Shown here piece after piece: positions 38,983 to 51,915 of a stretch of 64,000 bases of DNA. Under the pieces are notes generated by a model. That model worked only from the letters and a program-made list of their open reading frames with translations, was not told where the DNA came from and ran no database searches. The stretch lies in NCBI GenBank assembly GCA_028534125.1, contig CM052817.1:106766001-106830000 (forward strand). Reading direction: 5' to 3'. Position numbers and translations under genes: made by a program. Position 1 is the first letter of the stretch. Every line of letters begins with the position of its first letter. This DNA comes from Lama glama (taxonomy: Eukaryota).

Positions 38983-39629
38983 TGATAGAGGAGAAATTAA
39001 CATGGGGCAAGAGAAGGGCTGTGTGCCCCATCTCGGTTGAGTCCCTGGGATGTGCCCCGGCAAGTGTGGGTCCTTGGCTTTGTGCAGGAAAGAATTCAAG
39101 AGTGGGCCATTGTTGAGCAAAAGTAGATTTATTTAGAGAGATACATACTGTGTAGCGTGCAGGCTGTTTCAGAAGGTGAGAGAAAGGCCATGAGGTGTGG
39201 GGGCTGGGTGCTCAGGTTAAAGTAAAAGTAAGTACACACTCCATAGACAGTGCAGACCCTCTTTGAATAGGAAGGAGCGAGAGAGGCTGTGAGGCACAGC
39301 GTTGCCAGTTTTTATGGGCTCGGTAGCTTCACATGCCAATGAGTGGGAGGACCATTGGGGAAGGGCCTGGGGTTCTCAGGAACTGGGCTACTGCCCACTC
39401 CTTGATCTTTTGTGGCCAGCCTCAGAACTGTCATGGCAACTGCGGGAGTGCCATTGACCACATTATTACTACAATGAGCATATAATGAAGCCCAAGGTCT
39501 ACTGGAAGCCAAATCTCCCACCATCTTGAGCCTCAAGGCCTACTGGGGGTTGAATCTTCCACCATTTTGGTGTTTTTTGCTGTGTTATTCCTTGAATGGC
39601 TGTGCTCTGCCCCCTTCCCTCTTGTCTCA
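38983..39629 (-). mobile_element. MER41-like ERV1 solo LTR, copy 3 (nested, inverted)
   Basis: Reverse complement of copies 1 and 2; near-TSD aagt (38979-38982) / aaat (39630-39633). Confidence 0.9.
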
Positions 39630-39744
39630 AAATCACCCTTTCTCCTTTCTTGGCCCAGCAATGAACCTTTCTCTACTCCAAGCCCTGATGTTTCAGTGTG
39701 TTTGACCTCACTGTGTGTCAGGCACATGAACCTGCATTTGGTAA

Positions 39745-40231
39745 TGAGAGTGAAAAATACTGCAAACCATATCAGTAAACAAAGAATGCTGAAGCCATCA
39801 AGCCATCAGCGGCTGCCGCCACCCCCCAGTGAAGACAAGCCTACAGCCCGGCCTCTGCAGCCACTCACGATGGTGCCCTCTGAAGGGACTCAGAACAAGA
39901 AAGGACCAGATAATGGCCCTAGATAGCTAGGTGCTTCTCAAAGGAACAAGTTCAATGAACCCAAATGTTTGCTCCCCCCATACATAGAAAGGTACTCAAT
40001 TCTTTAACTTGAGATGTCTGGTTTTCTTCAGTTTAACAAGTAATATTTTAATGTTCCAACTACTTGGTCTTTGTTGAAAAGCTCCTATATATCTTGGCCC
40101 CTCATCTACCTCTTTGGAGCAGGCCCTCAAAGCGATCTGAGAGGCTGTCATCCCAGCTCAAGTCCTCAGAAATGTTTGCCAAATAAAGCATAACTCTCAA
40201 CTTTTAGGCTGCGCATTTATTTCAGCTGACA
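39745..40231 (+). mobile_element. ERV1-type solo LTR (family C), nested at the end of the host LTR
   Basis: TG..CA ends, near-TSD gtaa (39741-39744) / gtag (40232-40235), TATA 'cctatata', AATAAA. Confidence 0.88.
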
Positions 40232-40519
40232 GTAGCATCACTGTGGTTTAACACACATTCATCATTTCATTTGCTCTTCTGTACACCCTTACAGAATAAT
40301 TAGGGGAGCAAATCTTATTTCTGCTTGACAGATGTGCAAACTATAGAAAGAGACATAATGACACAAAAGGTCATCCAGCTAGTGCAGATGAGAACGAACA
40401 TCCAGGTACATGATTCTTCTTAGAACACTGATCTTTTAACCATTTCATGTGCTTTAGCTATGCACAGTTTGAATAGCCTTTTAATCATAACTGTGAGTTC
40501 ATATTTGGAGAAATTCAAC

Positions 40520-41150
40520 CTCATAACAAAGAAACAAACAAAAAGCAACCCAAAATAAGCTACCATTGCCTTTCTAATTAACAGTGATTTTCAAATAATA
40601 ATATTCAATGTTGAGTCAGTATGGTGACATTGGCAGCCCCCCACACTGCCAGCTGAAAGGTTAAAAAATACAAGTTCTCTAGGAAGGTTTTTATAATGTA
40701 GTAATAGCTTTAAAATATTGACACTCTGAACAGTACAACCATTTCTAGGAGTCTCGCTTAATGAAAAAAATCTGAGGTGCAGATAAAGATTTATTTAGGA
40801 AGTCATTTATATTAGCACAATTTTAAAAGAGGAACAAAAGTCTGAAAAATACTAAACATTAAACATTAGGAAAATAAATTACAAAATATTTATACCGTGG
40901 AATAGTATGCAGCCAATACAAAGGATGTTCCAAAGATTTTTTTTTGATTAATGTTTATATTCAAAACTATGTAAGCAATGTGATTCCAATTTTTAATACA
41001 TAAAATATGCTTATTTCTGTATATATATCAGAAATGCAAATATGAACAGAAAAAACTGAAAGGCAATATATCTTGATATTAACAATATTTCTCAATAAGT
41101 TTATAATTACCTCTTTTTTTTACTTTTCTATGTATTCCAAATATATTCAA
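40520..41150 (+). mobile_element. Old L1 (L1ME-type) 3' fragment
   Basis: 'aacattaggaaaataaattacaaaatatttataccgtggaatagtatgcagccaat'. Confidence 0.6.
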
Positions 41151-43949
41151 AATTAGGCTAATACAGTCTCCTATAAGTAATATTAAAGATGAAAAATAGT
41201 TTCAATCAGCTTTTCAAAGTGAAGTCTATCCAAGTTTACATGCAGTTATGTTGTTCATAAATTGGTATTTCTAAAGTAGTTAAAGAAGTTTGCATTTTTC
41301 TCCCCAAAAAGGGTAAAGATCTCTTTTGCAATATCATTTATTGCATGCTGTTGCTTATTTTCTTTCCCAAACCCCACCTTCCAACTTCTCTCATAATATA
41401 AAAATAAACATCAGACTAAGTTATGTTCTTATCATAAATCTAAATTAACAAAATGTAAACAAATTATCTAATACTGATTTTAACATATTGATCATAACCC
41501 TTAAAACCTTTCTTTTAGAGAAGTGATATCATGTTTCTACCTATTCAAAATAAATTTTAATTTAAATAATGTGTTTTAAAGATTATTACCTAGAAATAAT
41601 TGGCAGATTTGTCATCAAGAGATTCCAGAGTTTAAGTTTTCAGTATTTCTATTCAGAGTATTTTATGTGTCTTTTAAGGATGTATAATGTCATCAGAGTA
41701 TCAAGATTAACTTGAATTTCCTTCAAAACTCTTTTTCTTTTCTCCTTTAAGAAGCCATGATAAGTTTCAAATATTATTAGCAGATGTTATCATCATAATT
41801 CTTCCCAAATGAGCAATCAGTGCAAGAATTCTCAGCACCAAATCATGCACTTTACATATTCACACAGCAAAGGCAAATATATGATTACGGTTCACGGTCA
41901 TGTATTTTGAAAGTTCTGATTTTTTTGTATTAAATAATACAGGCAAATGTTTCCTAAATATACGTATAAGAAGCAGAAAATAATGTTAAATAATTCTGAG
42001 TTACGGAGAGAACTCTAGATGTTGTCTTGAAATACATTAAGTCTCAGAATATTTTATAGGGTAAATTCCAGATAAAAACGCTGCAGCTTTTTTACTTACA
42101 AATAACAGTTGTTTAGTGAAGGTTTTATACTAGCTCTTTAGAAAGAAGAGAGAAAGAGAGGCTTGGAACAAGCTTACACACTTAATTTATTTCGCTCGTG
42201 AATTCTCTGCTACCCTCTGTGTGTTAAAAGGTAGAAGTTGGACGTTGACAGTAATTATTTTGGATTGCACTGCATGAAGGCAGCTGAGTGAAATTCTGTA
42301 CTTCAAAAAAGTTCAGCCATGGGTCACTTGGAACAACCATCATGAATATGACTTGAGGTGTGCAAGGATGCCTGTGGAGCAATGATCTGCGTAGACAACT
42401 GAGTTTCTCTAGGTGTTAGGTGTAACCACATGCACGTGCACATGGAAGCTTTAAAAAAAAGAAGTAGAAAAATTGTGACTATGAATCAAATTATCCTTTG
42501 AAAATGTTGAGTCAAAATGAGATTTAAGTGCACCATTAAAAGGACATTTTTCAAAAAATAGTAGAAAAATAGATGTTGAACTTTTTAAAACCAGTAATAT
42601 ATTGCTAAGATGGCTTTCTCTTGACTCTTCACAAAGGCAACCCTATTCACACTCAACTCTGGGTAACTGGGAAGAAACATTTCTTCATCTCCCCAAGATC
42701 GTGAACTTTACTTTCATCTTCATACAACAGCAATATCTGTAGAGAGAGCTAACTTCTTTCTACTGAGAACTGTCAGACTGAAAGAGCAGGTTCTAATTCT
42801 CTTAAATGCATACACACACGTGCATTTTACACACACACTCACGTGCAAACATTCCCATCATTTTACTAAAACAAAATGATTCAAAGATTTGACATTCATT
42901 CATGAAATATTTATAAGCAATTTTTATAGCAGGCATTGGACTACAGAGTGTGGATTTAAGGATGAATAGGATGAAAAAGGACCCTGTTTTAAAGGAACGT
43001 TATCTAGTGATTTGTGATCAAACAATTTAATTCCTAACCAGTTCCAAGTTTACATTACTGAAAAGTACAGATATTGGCAATATTCCTGGAAAGATTAGTA
43101 TCCCACGGAAAACAGGGGGAAAGCAACAAATAAGAAAGTTTTCTAACCCAACATAAACACAAGTTCTACAAGCCACCTTCTTCAGAAACAGAGGAATAAC
43201 ATTAAAAAACCTGACTGAAATACTAGCATTTTCCTGGGCCACCCTTCTCCATGATTCAGGAGGTAAGAATGTGTCAAGACTGCAAAGACAAATTCTTCTA
43301 TAAGTTTTATAGTTTTTTTTGTTTGTTTGGTTTGGTTTTTCTTTTTAGTTTTGAAATCAGGCTTTACCATATGCTCTTCATAAATGTGGAATGGGTTATA
43401 GATCTGAGATACTAGCGGACTACTTTTCTTCACGCTTTCTTGTCTTTTTGTTCTTTTCTCAGAGGAGAGCTGGCAGAGCCAGAAAGAGTAAAATTTTCAG
43501 TTTTAAGTCCCAGAATATGCTTCTGAATCCCATACAGATGAATAAGAGAGACAATAGTCCTGAAAGCCAAGACTTTCATTGGCAAAAGCCAGGTTTTTGG
43601 AGAAAGAAACCACCTTTCAGTGAGAAATGTGGCAAACAATTATGGCCATCTTTAATCTACTAAATGTGGTAACTTACTTTTGCCAACTGCTATACCTTCA
43701 TTACTGAGCACATGTGTCATGTGACAGAAAGATAAGAAACTGGGAGTCAAAATAGTGAAACTCTAAGATCAAACCGACCACCAATGAGCAATCCTGCTCC
43801 ATGCATTTCGTTGTCCTGAGCCTCACTTTTCTTGGGCATAAGATGTAACAATGAACAAGGGGTATCTAAGGCCACTTTCAGTTCTAAAATCCTAATATAT
43901 TAAAAAGCATTCCTGTACTAAGTCCTTTGGAAGACATTAACCTATAGTC

Positions 43950-44830
43950 AGAAATTCAGCAAACCTCATCACAGAACTTAAAATACACTTGTAAAATTAG
44001 GACAAATATACAGAAACATAATTAAAAATATGTCTCGGTCTTGGTTTCTAAATACTTATCTACACCAAAAGGAACAAGAGTTTTTAGGAAAAAAATGGCT
44101 GGTTCCGGGGCTCTGACAAGAAAGGTCAAGATGAAGCTAAATCACTATGGCGAGCTGATAGGGAAATATCAAAAAATGTATGCAGATATGTCAAAAGAAC
44201 ATAGAAGTCAGTTTGAAGTTGCTTGCACTCGCCAAATCAGGCAAAATTTGAACATCAAAATGAACAAGAACACTAATGTTATTTATAGATTATAAGAATC
44301 TCTGAGATCATACTAAAAATAAAGAAATAATGAGCTAAAACTCTTCCCTACAGTAGAATGTCAACCAATCAGCATAGAATGAATGGTAGAGAGATGCAGA
44401 AACTCTCCATAGTGGAGAAAACTTCTGAACGTGATTTCACTTAATCAAAGTTATTCTCACTGATTCTTGGGCAAATTGACATCATGTGTCTCCTGAAATG
44501 ATGCACAAAGAAGTGCATGACATGATTTTTCTGCCTACCCCCCAAAATACCCTAAATTTTACCATTAAGAAACAACAAGTAAACTCAAATTAAGAAACAT
44601 TCCACAAAACAGCTGACGTGAACGCTTCAGAATGCCAGTACAATGAAAGACAAAACAAAACGAAAACCAGTAACAGCGACAACTGCTGAGGAGCTATTTC
44701 GTATTGAAAGAAACTAGAAGGCTAAAGAAAATGACGATTAAATGTAATGCACGATACTCTATTGGATCTTAAATCGGGGGTGGGGGGATTGCTATAAAGG
44801 ACGTAACTTGCAACAATTAGTGAACTAGTA
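43950..44830 (+). mobile_element. Old L1 (L1MC-type) 3' UTR fragments
   Basis: 'gacatcatgtgtctcctgaaatgatgcac', 'gacgattaaatgtaatgcacgatactctattggatc'. Confidence 0.6.
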
Positions 44831-44839
44831 TTAGATAAG

Positions 44840-45440
44840 AGTTTGGGTCTGGCATCTGCCCCTGCGCTCGCAGTGCGTCCTCAGTTTCTTCATCTGCGAA
44901 ATGGGCGCAGGGCACTTTGTAGCAACGTAGCGAGCGTTAAGTGCGATCGGAAGTGCCCCTCTGCAGCCACGTCCTGCACCACTCTCATGCACAGCTTCAC
45001 GTTTCCAACCCGAGATAAGTCCAGACCCAAGCTGATCTCGGATCCCCAAACATGCCTAGCTTCCCAAAGACCCCTGCCCAGCCCACCTAAAATCGCCATC
45101 CCCTCCCCCAGCCCCGCATTCTTTTCTTTCAAAGTTCTTACCACTCTCTGAAATTACGTACACTTGTTACAGTCTCTCCCTAGCCGCTCCTGTGAGAGCC
45201 GGACCACCTAGATACGGAGAAACTAGAATGGGTCTGGGCACACAATCAGTGCCCAAATGTTTGTAAATTAGTGAGTGTCCTCGCCGTGCTCTTCCCTATC
45301 AAGAAATACTCTTGCCCGGTGGCTGAGAATGGGACCAGCTTGGGTTCGGATCCCGGGAGATCCTGTGACCTCACGCCCGTCTGTCCTAGGCTCCACGTCT
45401 GTAAAATGAGGTGAGGCTAGTGCCCCCGTCCTGGGGTGGT
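44840..45440. promoter_or_regulatory. CpG-rich patch built from MIR/L2/MIR remnants (orphan CpG-island-like)
   Basis: MIR cores 'cctcagtttcttcatctgcgaaatggg' and 'ccacgtctgtaaaatgagg' remain recognisable but CpG-rich: 10 CpGs in 44861-44950. Confidence 0.45.
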
Positions 45441-45459
45441 TGAAAAAAAAAAGAGTTTG

Positions 45460-46110
45460 GGTTTGACATTTAAACAACTTAGAAGCTATCACTTCATCCT
45501 CATAAGAAAAAAAAATGGACAAACTAAAATCAACAACTTTTATTAGATCCATGAAAGAATTGAGATCACAGGGCAAACCGCGATTCCTAACATTGGAAAG
45601 GCAGGTAAATACAAAGAATCCCAGTTTACCAGGAACGGAAAGAAGCCCACAGCTGCAGTCAGTCAGCACTGGTAGGACCACTTAGGCTACGACGAATGAA
45701 TTTCCAAAGGTTCAGCAAAGGTTGAGCTTGAGAGTTAAAAACCAAGGGAGCTCAGTCTCAGAAGGATTCCTGCATGTCGTGAGATTTATTTAAGTCTGGG
45801 AGTGCCACCAGGTTCCCAGAGTGAAGATCAAACAAAAATCCCCTCGTGATGCTGACAGGGAACAGGGAAAGGAGCCGACACAGAACAAGCTCAGAGCATT
45901 CTGTTCTACTTAACAAAAGCGTTCCCTGGGGAAAGTTATTTTGCAAGAGCTTAATGCCTTTGGGTTTTATCAGAGCCTAACTGACTTGAAGGAAGGAAAA
46001 TACTCAACTCCAGCACCCTGTAGCCTTCTTGTCTCACTTAAGGGAGAAAAAAATTCTGATAAGTACTTGTGAAGGTCCTAGCCCAAGGGCAGAAGCTTAC
46101 TAAAAATAGA
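45460..46110 (+). mobile_element. Old L1 5'-region fragment
   Basis: 'aaactaaaatcaacaacttttattagatccatgaaagaattgagatcacagggcaaacc' resembles L1M 5' ends as recalled. Confidence 0.55.
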
Positions 46111-49100
46111 GACCAGATACAGGACATCAGCAAGACAGCAGATTAGGAAACACTGGACCCTACTTTCCTCTGGAAATACACCAATTCAACAACAATTCAC
46201 AGACAAATTCCCTTTGTGCAAAATCCAGAAACTAGTTGAAAGGTTCCTGCACACCGGGCAAGCTTGAAACCAAATACATTGAAGCTAGTACGAAAATTTA
46301 AGGCATCTTTTCACTATAATTGATACCCTCCCCAACACTCACCATACAATTAGGAGGAAAACCCTAAGCCCCCAACGTCTCTGTGGGAAGGAAGAGAGTT
46401 GGTCTAAATGTCAAATACCCCAACCTCTCTCAGGGCTTCACAAGGACTGGCTTCTGTCTTGTCTATCTCAGAGAGCTGACAGGACTCAGCACAGTCTAGC
46501 CACCTGGGAAGGTAGTAAGAACAGAGACAGAGGTGCAGACTTAGAGTTGCCACAATCCTTCCCCTCAGCTCAACACAGAGCAAGTGGTTGAAAAACCCCA
46601 GATCCCAGTTCTTTTCGACAGGGGAAAAGAGATTGACAGGGCATCCAGTGATTCAGCTTTTCTGGGAACTGCCCAAGGAAACACCTTCATTCTCGCTTGT
46701 CTCAGAGTCCTGGTGAGACCTGGCATACTCAAGACAACTAGGGACTACTAAGAACAAAGAAAGGAGTTGGACTAGCATGAAGATTTGAAAGGTCCCCAGG
46801 CTGTCTGCTGGGCTGATTGTTCAGGGTCTTCTCTTGTATGAGGCCAGTGTGAAGACTCTGAGAGGTAGCTATTTTGTTGAACGTGTGGACACCAGAGAAC
46901 CAAGGAAAAAATAAGCAAATAGGAAAATATGCTCCAAACAAAGGGAAAGGATAAAGTTCCAGAAACTGACTTCAGTTATACAATTTACCATACAGAGAAT
47001 TGAAAATAACTTTCATAAAATTGCTCACCAAGGTCAAGAAAGCAATGCATGAACAAAGGGAGATTTTGAACAAAAAGACAGAAGATATTAAAAATACCAA
47101 AGAGAAATCATAGAGTGGCTTCAGTAATAACTGAACAAAAAAATTCACTAGAGGCGTTCAACAACAAACTAGATCAAGCATAAGAAAGGTTCAATGAACT
47201 CAAAACAAGTTATTGGAAATTATTCAATTAGAAAAGAAAAAGAAAAAAGAGTGAAAAAGAGTGAAGAAAGCTTAAGGAACTTATGGGACAGCATACAGTA
47301 TTCCAATATACACATTATGATAAAGCCAGAAGTAGAAGAGAGGGAGGAAAAAAACAGAAAATTTACTCAAGGAAATAATGGCTGAAAACTTCCCAAACTC
47401 ATGGAAGAAAATGAACAACCAGATCCAGAAAGCCCAACAGGTCACAAAGAAACCAACATTGAGACACATCGTATAAAATTGTCAAAAGTCAGAGACAAAG
47501 AGTGAATTTTGAAAGCAGCAAGAGGAAAGTGATTTGTCACATACAAGTGAGCCCTGCAACAAGATGAGCAGTGATTTCAGTGGAAACTGTGAAGGCCAGA
47601 AGGGAGTGGGATGAAATACTCAAAAGAGCTAAAAAAAAAAAAAAAAAAAAACTACCAAACAAGAATACGTGAATCTCATATCACAGCACTAAGTCTACAA
47701 AGCAAACACTGACAGGAGTGATGTGACAAGTGGTCAGCAATACAATAATAGAAGGAAGGGACTCGAATATTCCACTTTTACTAACGGATAGAACAATCAG
47801 ACAGAAAATCAGCAAAGAAACAGCAGGTGTGAACAGCACTATAGATGAAATGCCTAACAGATTTATACAGACAATTCCGTCCAACAGCAGCAGAATACAC
47901 ATTCTTCCTAATCACACAAAAAATTCTCCAGAATAGATCACAGGGTGATCAATGGCCACAAAGCAAGTCTTAACAAGTTTTAAAAGATCGAAATCATATC
48001 AACTATCTTTTATAACCAAAATGGAATGAAACTGCAAATCAACAGCAGAAGGAAATCTGAAAAATTTACAAGTATGTGGAAATTAAACAACACGCCCTTG
48101 CACAACCAATGAGTCAAAGAAGAAATCAAAGGAGAAATTAGAAAATATGTTGAGACAAATGAGAATACAACATATCAAAACTTACAGGATTCAGCAAAGG
48201 CAGTACTAACAGGGAAGTTTTTTTAGAAATAAATGCCCTCATTAATAAAGAAAAAAGATCTCAAGTAAATAACCTAACCTTAATTTTATACCTCACATAA
48301 CTACAATAGGAAAAAACTAAGCCAAAACTAGTAGAAGGAAGGAAGGAATAAAGTTTAGAGCATAAATAATGAGATAGAGAATTAAAAAAAATCAATGAAA
48401 ATAAGAGCTGGTTTACAAATACTTAGTTAGACTAAGAAAAAAAGAACAAAGACTCAAATAAAATCGTAAATGAAAAGAGAACACTGATACCACACAAAGT
48501 ATCATGAAAAGCTACTATGAGCAATTATACACCAACAGACTGGATAACCTAGAAACCGTGGCTAAGTTCCTAGAAACATACAACTTCCCAAGTCTGAATC
48601 ATGAAGAAATAGAAAGTCTGAACAGAACTGTCACTTGTAAGAAGATTGAATCAGTAATCAAAACCTCCCAACAAGGAAAAAGCCCGTTACCAGATAGCCT
48701 TACTGGTGAACTCTACCAAACATTTAAATATGAATTAACACCAGTCCTTCTAAAAATCTTTCCGAAAATTGAAGAGGAGGAAATCTTTCCAAACTCATTT
48801 TCTGAGGCCAGATGTACTCTGATACCAAAGCCAGATAAAACCACCAAAGGAAATTAACACTAGTGGCCAATATTCATCATGGATATAGATGCAAAAATCT
48901 TCAGCAAAATAATAGCAAACCAAATTCAACAGCACATTTAAAGAATCCTACACAGCCAAGTATGATTCATCTCTATGATGCAAGGATGGTCTAATATGCA
49001 AAAATAATTAACATGATTCAGCATATTAACAGGATAAAGGATAAAAATTACATATTCATCTCAATAAATGCAGAGATATTGTTTGACAAAATTAAAACAC

Positions 49101-49880
49101 TTGCATGATAAATACTCTCAACAAATTGTGAATAGAATTAAATTACCTCAACATAATAACATCGTATATGAGAAGTCCACAGTTAACATCATTCTCAAAG
49201 GTGAAAAACTAAAAGCTTTTCTTCTAAGATCAAGAACAATGCAAGTGTACTCATTCTCATCACCTCAATTCAATGTAGTGCTACTCTTAGCCAGAGCAAT
49301 TAGCCAAGAAAAAGAAACAAAAGGCACCCAAATCAAAAGGAAGAAATATTTTATGTTTTGCAGAAAACATAATCTTATATATAAAAGCCATAAAGTCTTC
49401 ATTAAAAAAATTATTAGAACTAACAAAATTGCAGGATATAAAATTGACATGCAAAAATCAGATGTGTTTTTATACATTAATAATGAACTATTTGAAAAGG
49501 AAATTTTAAAAAATTTCATTTACAATAGCATCAAAAAGAATAAAAACCTTAGGCACAAATTTAACTAAGGAGGTGAAAAACATATACACTGAAAATTACA
49601 AAATATTGATGAAAGAAATTAAAGACACAAACAAGTGGAAAGACAGTCCATATTCTTGAATGGGAAGACTTAATATTGTTAAAATGTCCATAAGCCCCTA
49701 AGCAATCTGCAAATTCACTATATTTCATCTATATCACATTTTCTATGGCACTTTTTATGGAAATTTTTTTAAATCCTAAAATTCATATGGAACCATCACA
49801 AAAGACCCCAAACCAAAGTAGTCTTGAGCAAGAAGAACAAAGCCAGGGGCATCACACTTTCTATTTCAAAACACATTACA

Positions 49881-50148
49881 TAGTAAACAATCTCATGGTT
49901 ACCAGGGAAAGGAGGTGGGAAGGAATAAATTTGGGAGTTTGACATTTGCAAATGTTACCTACTATATACAAAAATAGATTTTAAAAAAAGTTTCTTCTGT
50001 ATAGCACAGGGAACTACATTCAATATCTTATAATAATTTTTAACTAAAAAGAATATGAAAATTAATATATGTACGTATACACATAACTGGGACATTGTGC
50101 TATACACCAGAAATTGACACGCTGTAACTGACTATACTTCAATTTAAA
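49881..50148 (+). mobile_element. Younger L1 3'-end insertion nested in L1 ORF2
   Basis: TSD aaaacacattaca (49868-49880) / aaaacacattgca (50149-50161); ORF2 text resumes afterwards. Confidence 0.88.
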
Positions 50149-51039
50149 AAAACACATTGCAAATTTACAGTAACTTAAACAGTGTGGTACTGGCATAAAG
50201 ATAGACATATAAATCAATGGACCAAAACAGAGAGCCCAGAAGTGGATCTAAACATATAAAGTCAACTGATCTTAGACCAGGGAGCCAAATATACCCAACT
50301 GGTGAAGTATAGTTCCTTTTTCTTCAACAAATATTGATGGGAAAATTGAATGTCCACATGTGAAAGAATGAAGTTGAACCTTTATCTCACACCATGCAGA
50401 AAAATCAATTCAAAGTGGATTCAAGACCGTAAACTATAAAACTCCTAGAAAAAAAAATGATAATTCATGACAAAATTCATGACATTGGCCTTGGCTGTGA
50501 TTTCATGGATATGACACCAAAAGCTCAGATAACAAAAGCAAAAATAGACAAGTGGGACTGCACTAAACTAGAAAGCTTCTGCACACCAAAGGAAACAATC
50601 AACAGAGTGAAAATGTGTCTACAGAATAGGAGAAAGTATTTTTAAACAATAAATCTAGTAAGAGGTTAATCCTCAACATATATAAGAAACACTTTTAACT
50701 TAATAACAAAAAAAGTAGTAACCTGATTTTTAAATGATCAAAGGAACTAAACTGATATTTTCCAAAGAAGATATTTTTCCAAAAACTTTGTGCAAGTTGT
50801 TTTACTTATAATGCTAACTTTTAAGAATCCTTAAAGTTAATTAGACAATAAACTAGGCAGAAATTACTTTAGAAAAGAGGGGAAGTCCAAACTACCACTT
50901 TCTATAGAGAATTCACAGTTCAGTTTTACTCAGAACAAAGAAAAAAGAAACACTTTCTGCATGATAATTCATTTATTTACTACTTTTCTGCATATTTAGG
51001 TTTTATTTGTGTGTTTATTTCTATTCAACTTAAACTAAA

Positions 51040-51915
51040 AATATAAATGAAAACCATTTACCCATTTCTCTTACACCTCAACGCCTAGCCTCTGGCAAAT
51101 GCAACCATCTTTTCTTCGTATCTTTGCATTTGATATATATTTTTTAATTCCACATTTAAAAGAGATCATACAGACAGAGAAGGAAAGTATTTTTCTCTCT
51201 CTGTCTGACGTATTTCACTTAGCATAATGCCTTCAATGTTCATATAGTCTCATGATCTTTGGTATTTCTGTGCTATCAGTTGTAACATCTTCTCTTTCAT
51301 TTCTGATTTTATTTATTTGAGTCTTCTTTTTTGATGAGTTTAACTAAAGGTTTGTCAATTTTGATTATCTTTTCAAAGATCCAGCCCTTGAAGCTACTAA
51401 TCTTTTCTATTGTTTGTCAGTCTCTTTTTCATTTATTACTGCCATGATCTTTGGTATTTCTCCCTTTCTGCTAACTCTGGGTTTTGGGGGGTTTTTTTTC
51501 AGTTCTTTAAGTTGTAAATTAGGTTGTTAACTTGTTTCTTGATGTAGGCCTTTATTGCTGTGAACTTCCCTCTTAGAAGTGTTTTTACTAAATCTCATAA
51601 ATTTTGTTATGTTACAGTTCTGTGTTCATTTTTCTCAAGATACTTTTGTTATCTAGTGGCATGTTGCTTAATCTCTACATATTTTTGAAATTTTAATTTT
51701 CTTTGTGAATTTAATTTCTAATTTTATACCATTGTGGTCAGAAAAGATGCTGCATATGATTTCAATACCTTAAATTTATTAAGACTTGTTTTGTGGCCTA
51801 ACAACATGATTTGGAAATGTCCCTGTGTATTTGAGAAGACTGTGTATTCTCTTGTCTTTGAATGGAACTTTCTGTAAATATATGTTAAGCCCGTCTGGTC
51901 TAATGTGTCATTCAC
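51040..51915 (-). mobile_element. LINE-1 fragments (3' UTR plus ORF2 endonuclease region), inverted relative to the host L1
   Basis: ORF 51724-51915(-) 'NDTLDQTGLTYIYRKFHSKTREYTVFS..LGHKTSLNKFK' is an L1 endonuclease segment. Confidence 0.85.

Larger units (their letters stand above)
38521..40237 (+). mobile_element. ERV1-type solo LTR (family B) hosting two nested LTRs
   Basis: Starts 'tgaaaccaagcagg'; pieces 38521-38982, 39630-39744 and terminal 'gtagca' 40232-40237; perfect TSD TCAC (38517-38520 / 40238-40241). Confidence 0.88.

Noticed and set aside
47194..50645. Series of ORFs resembling a reverse transcriptase system
   Set aside because: Frameshifted, stop-ridden LINE-1 ORF1/ORF2 remnants; not an intact or novel retroelement
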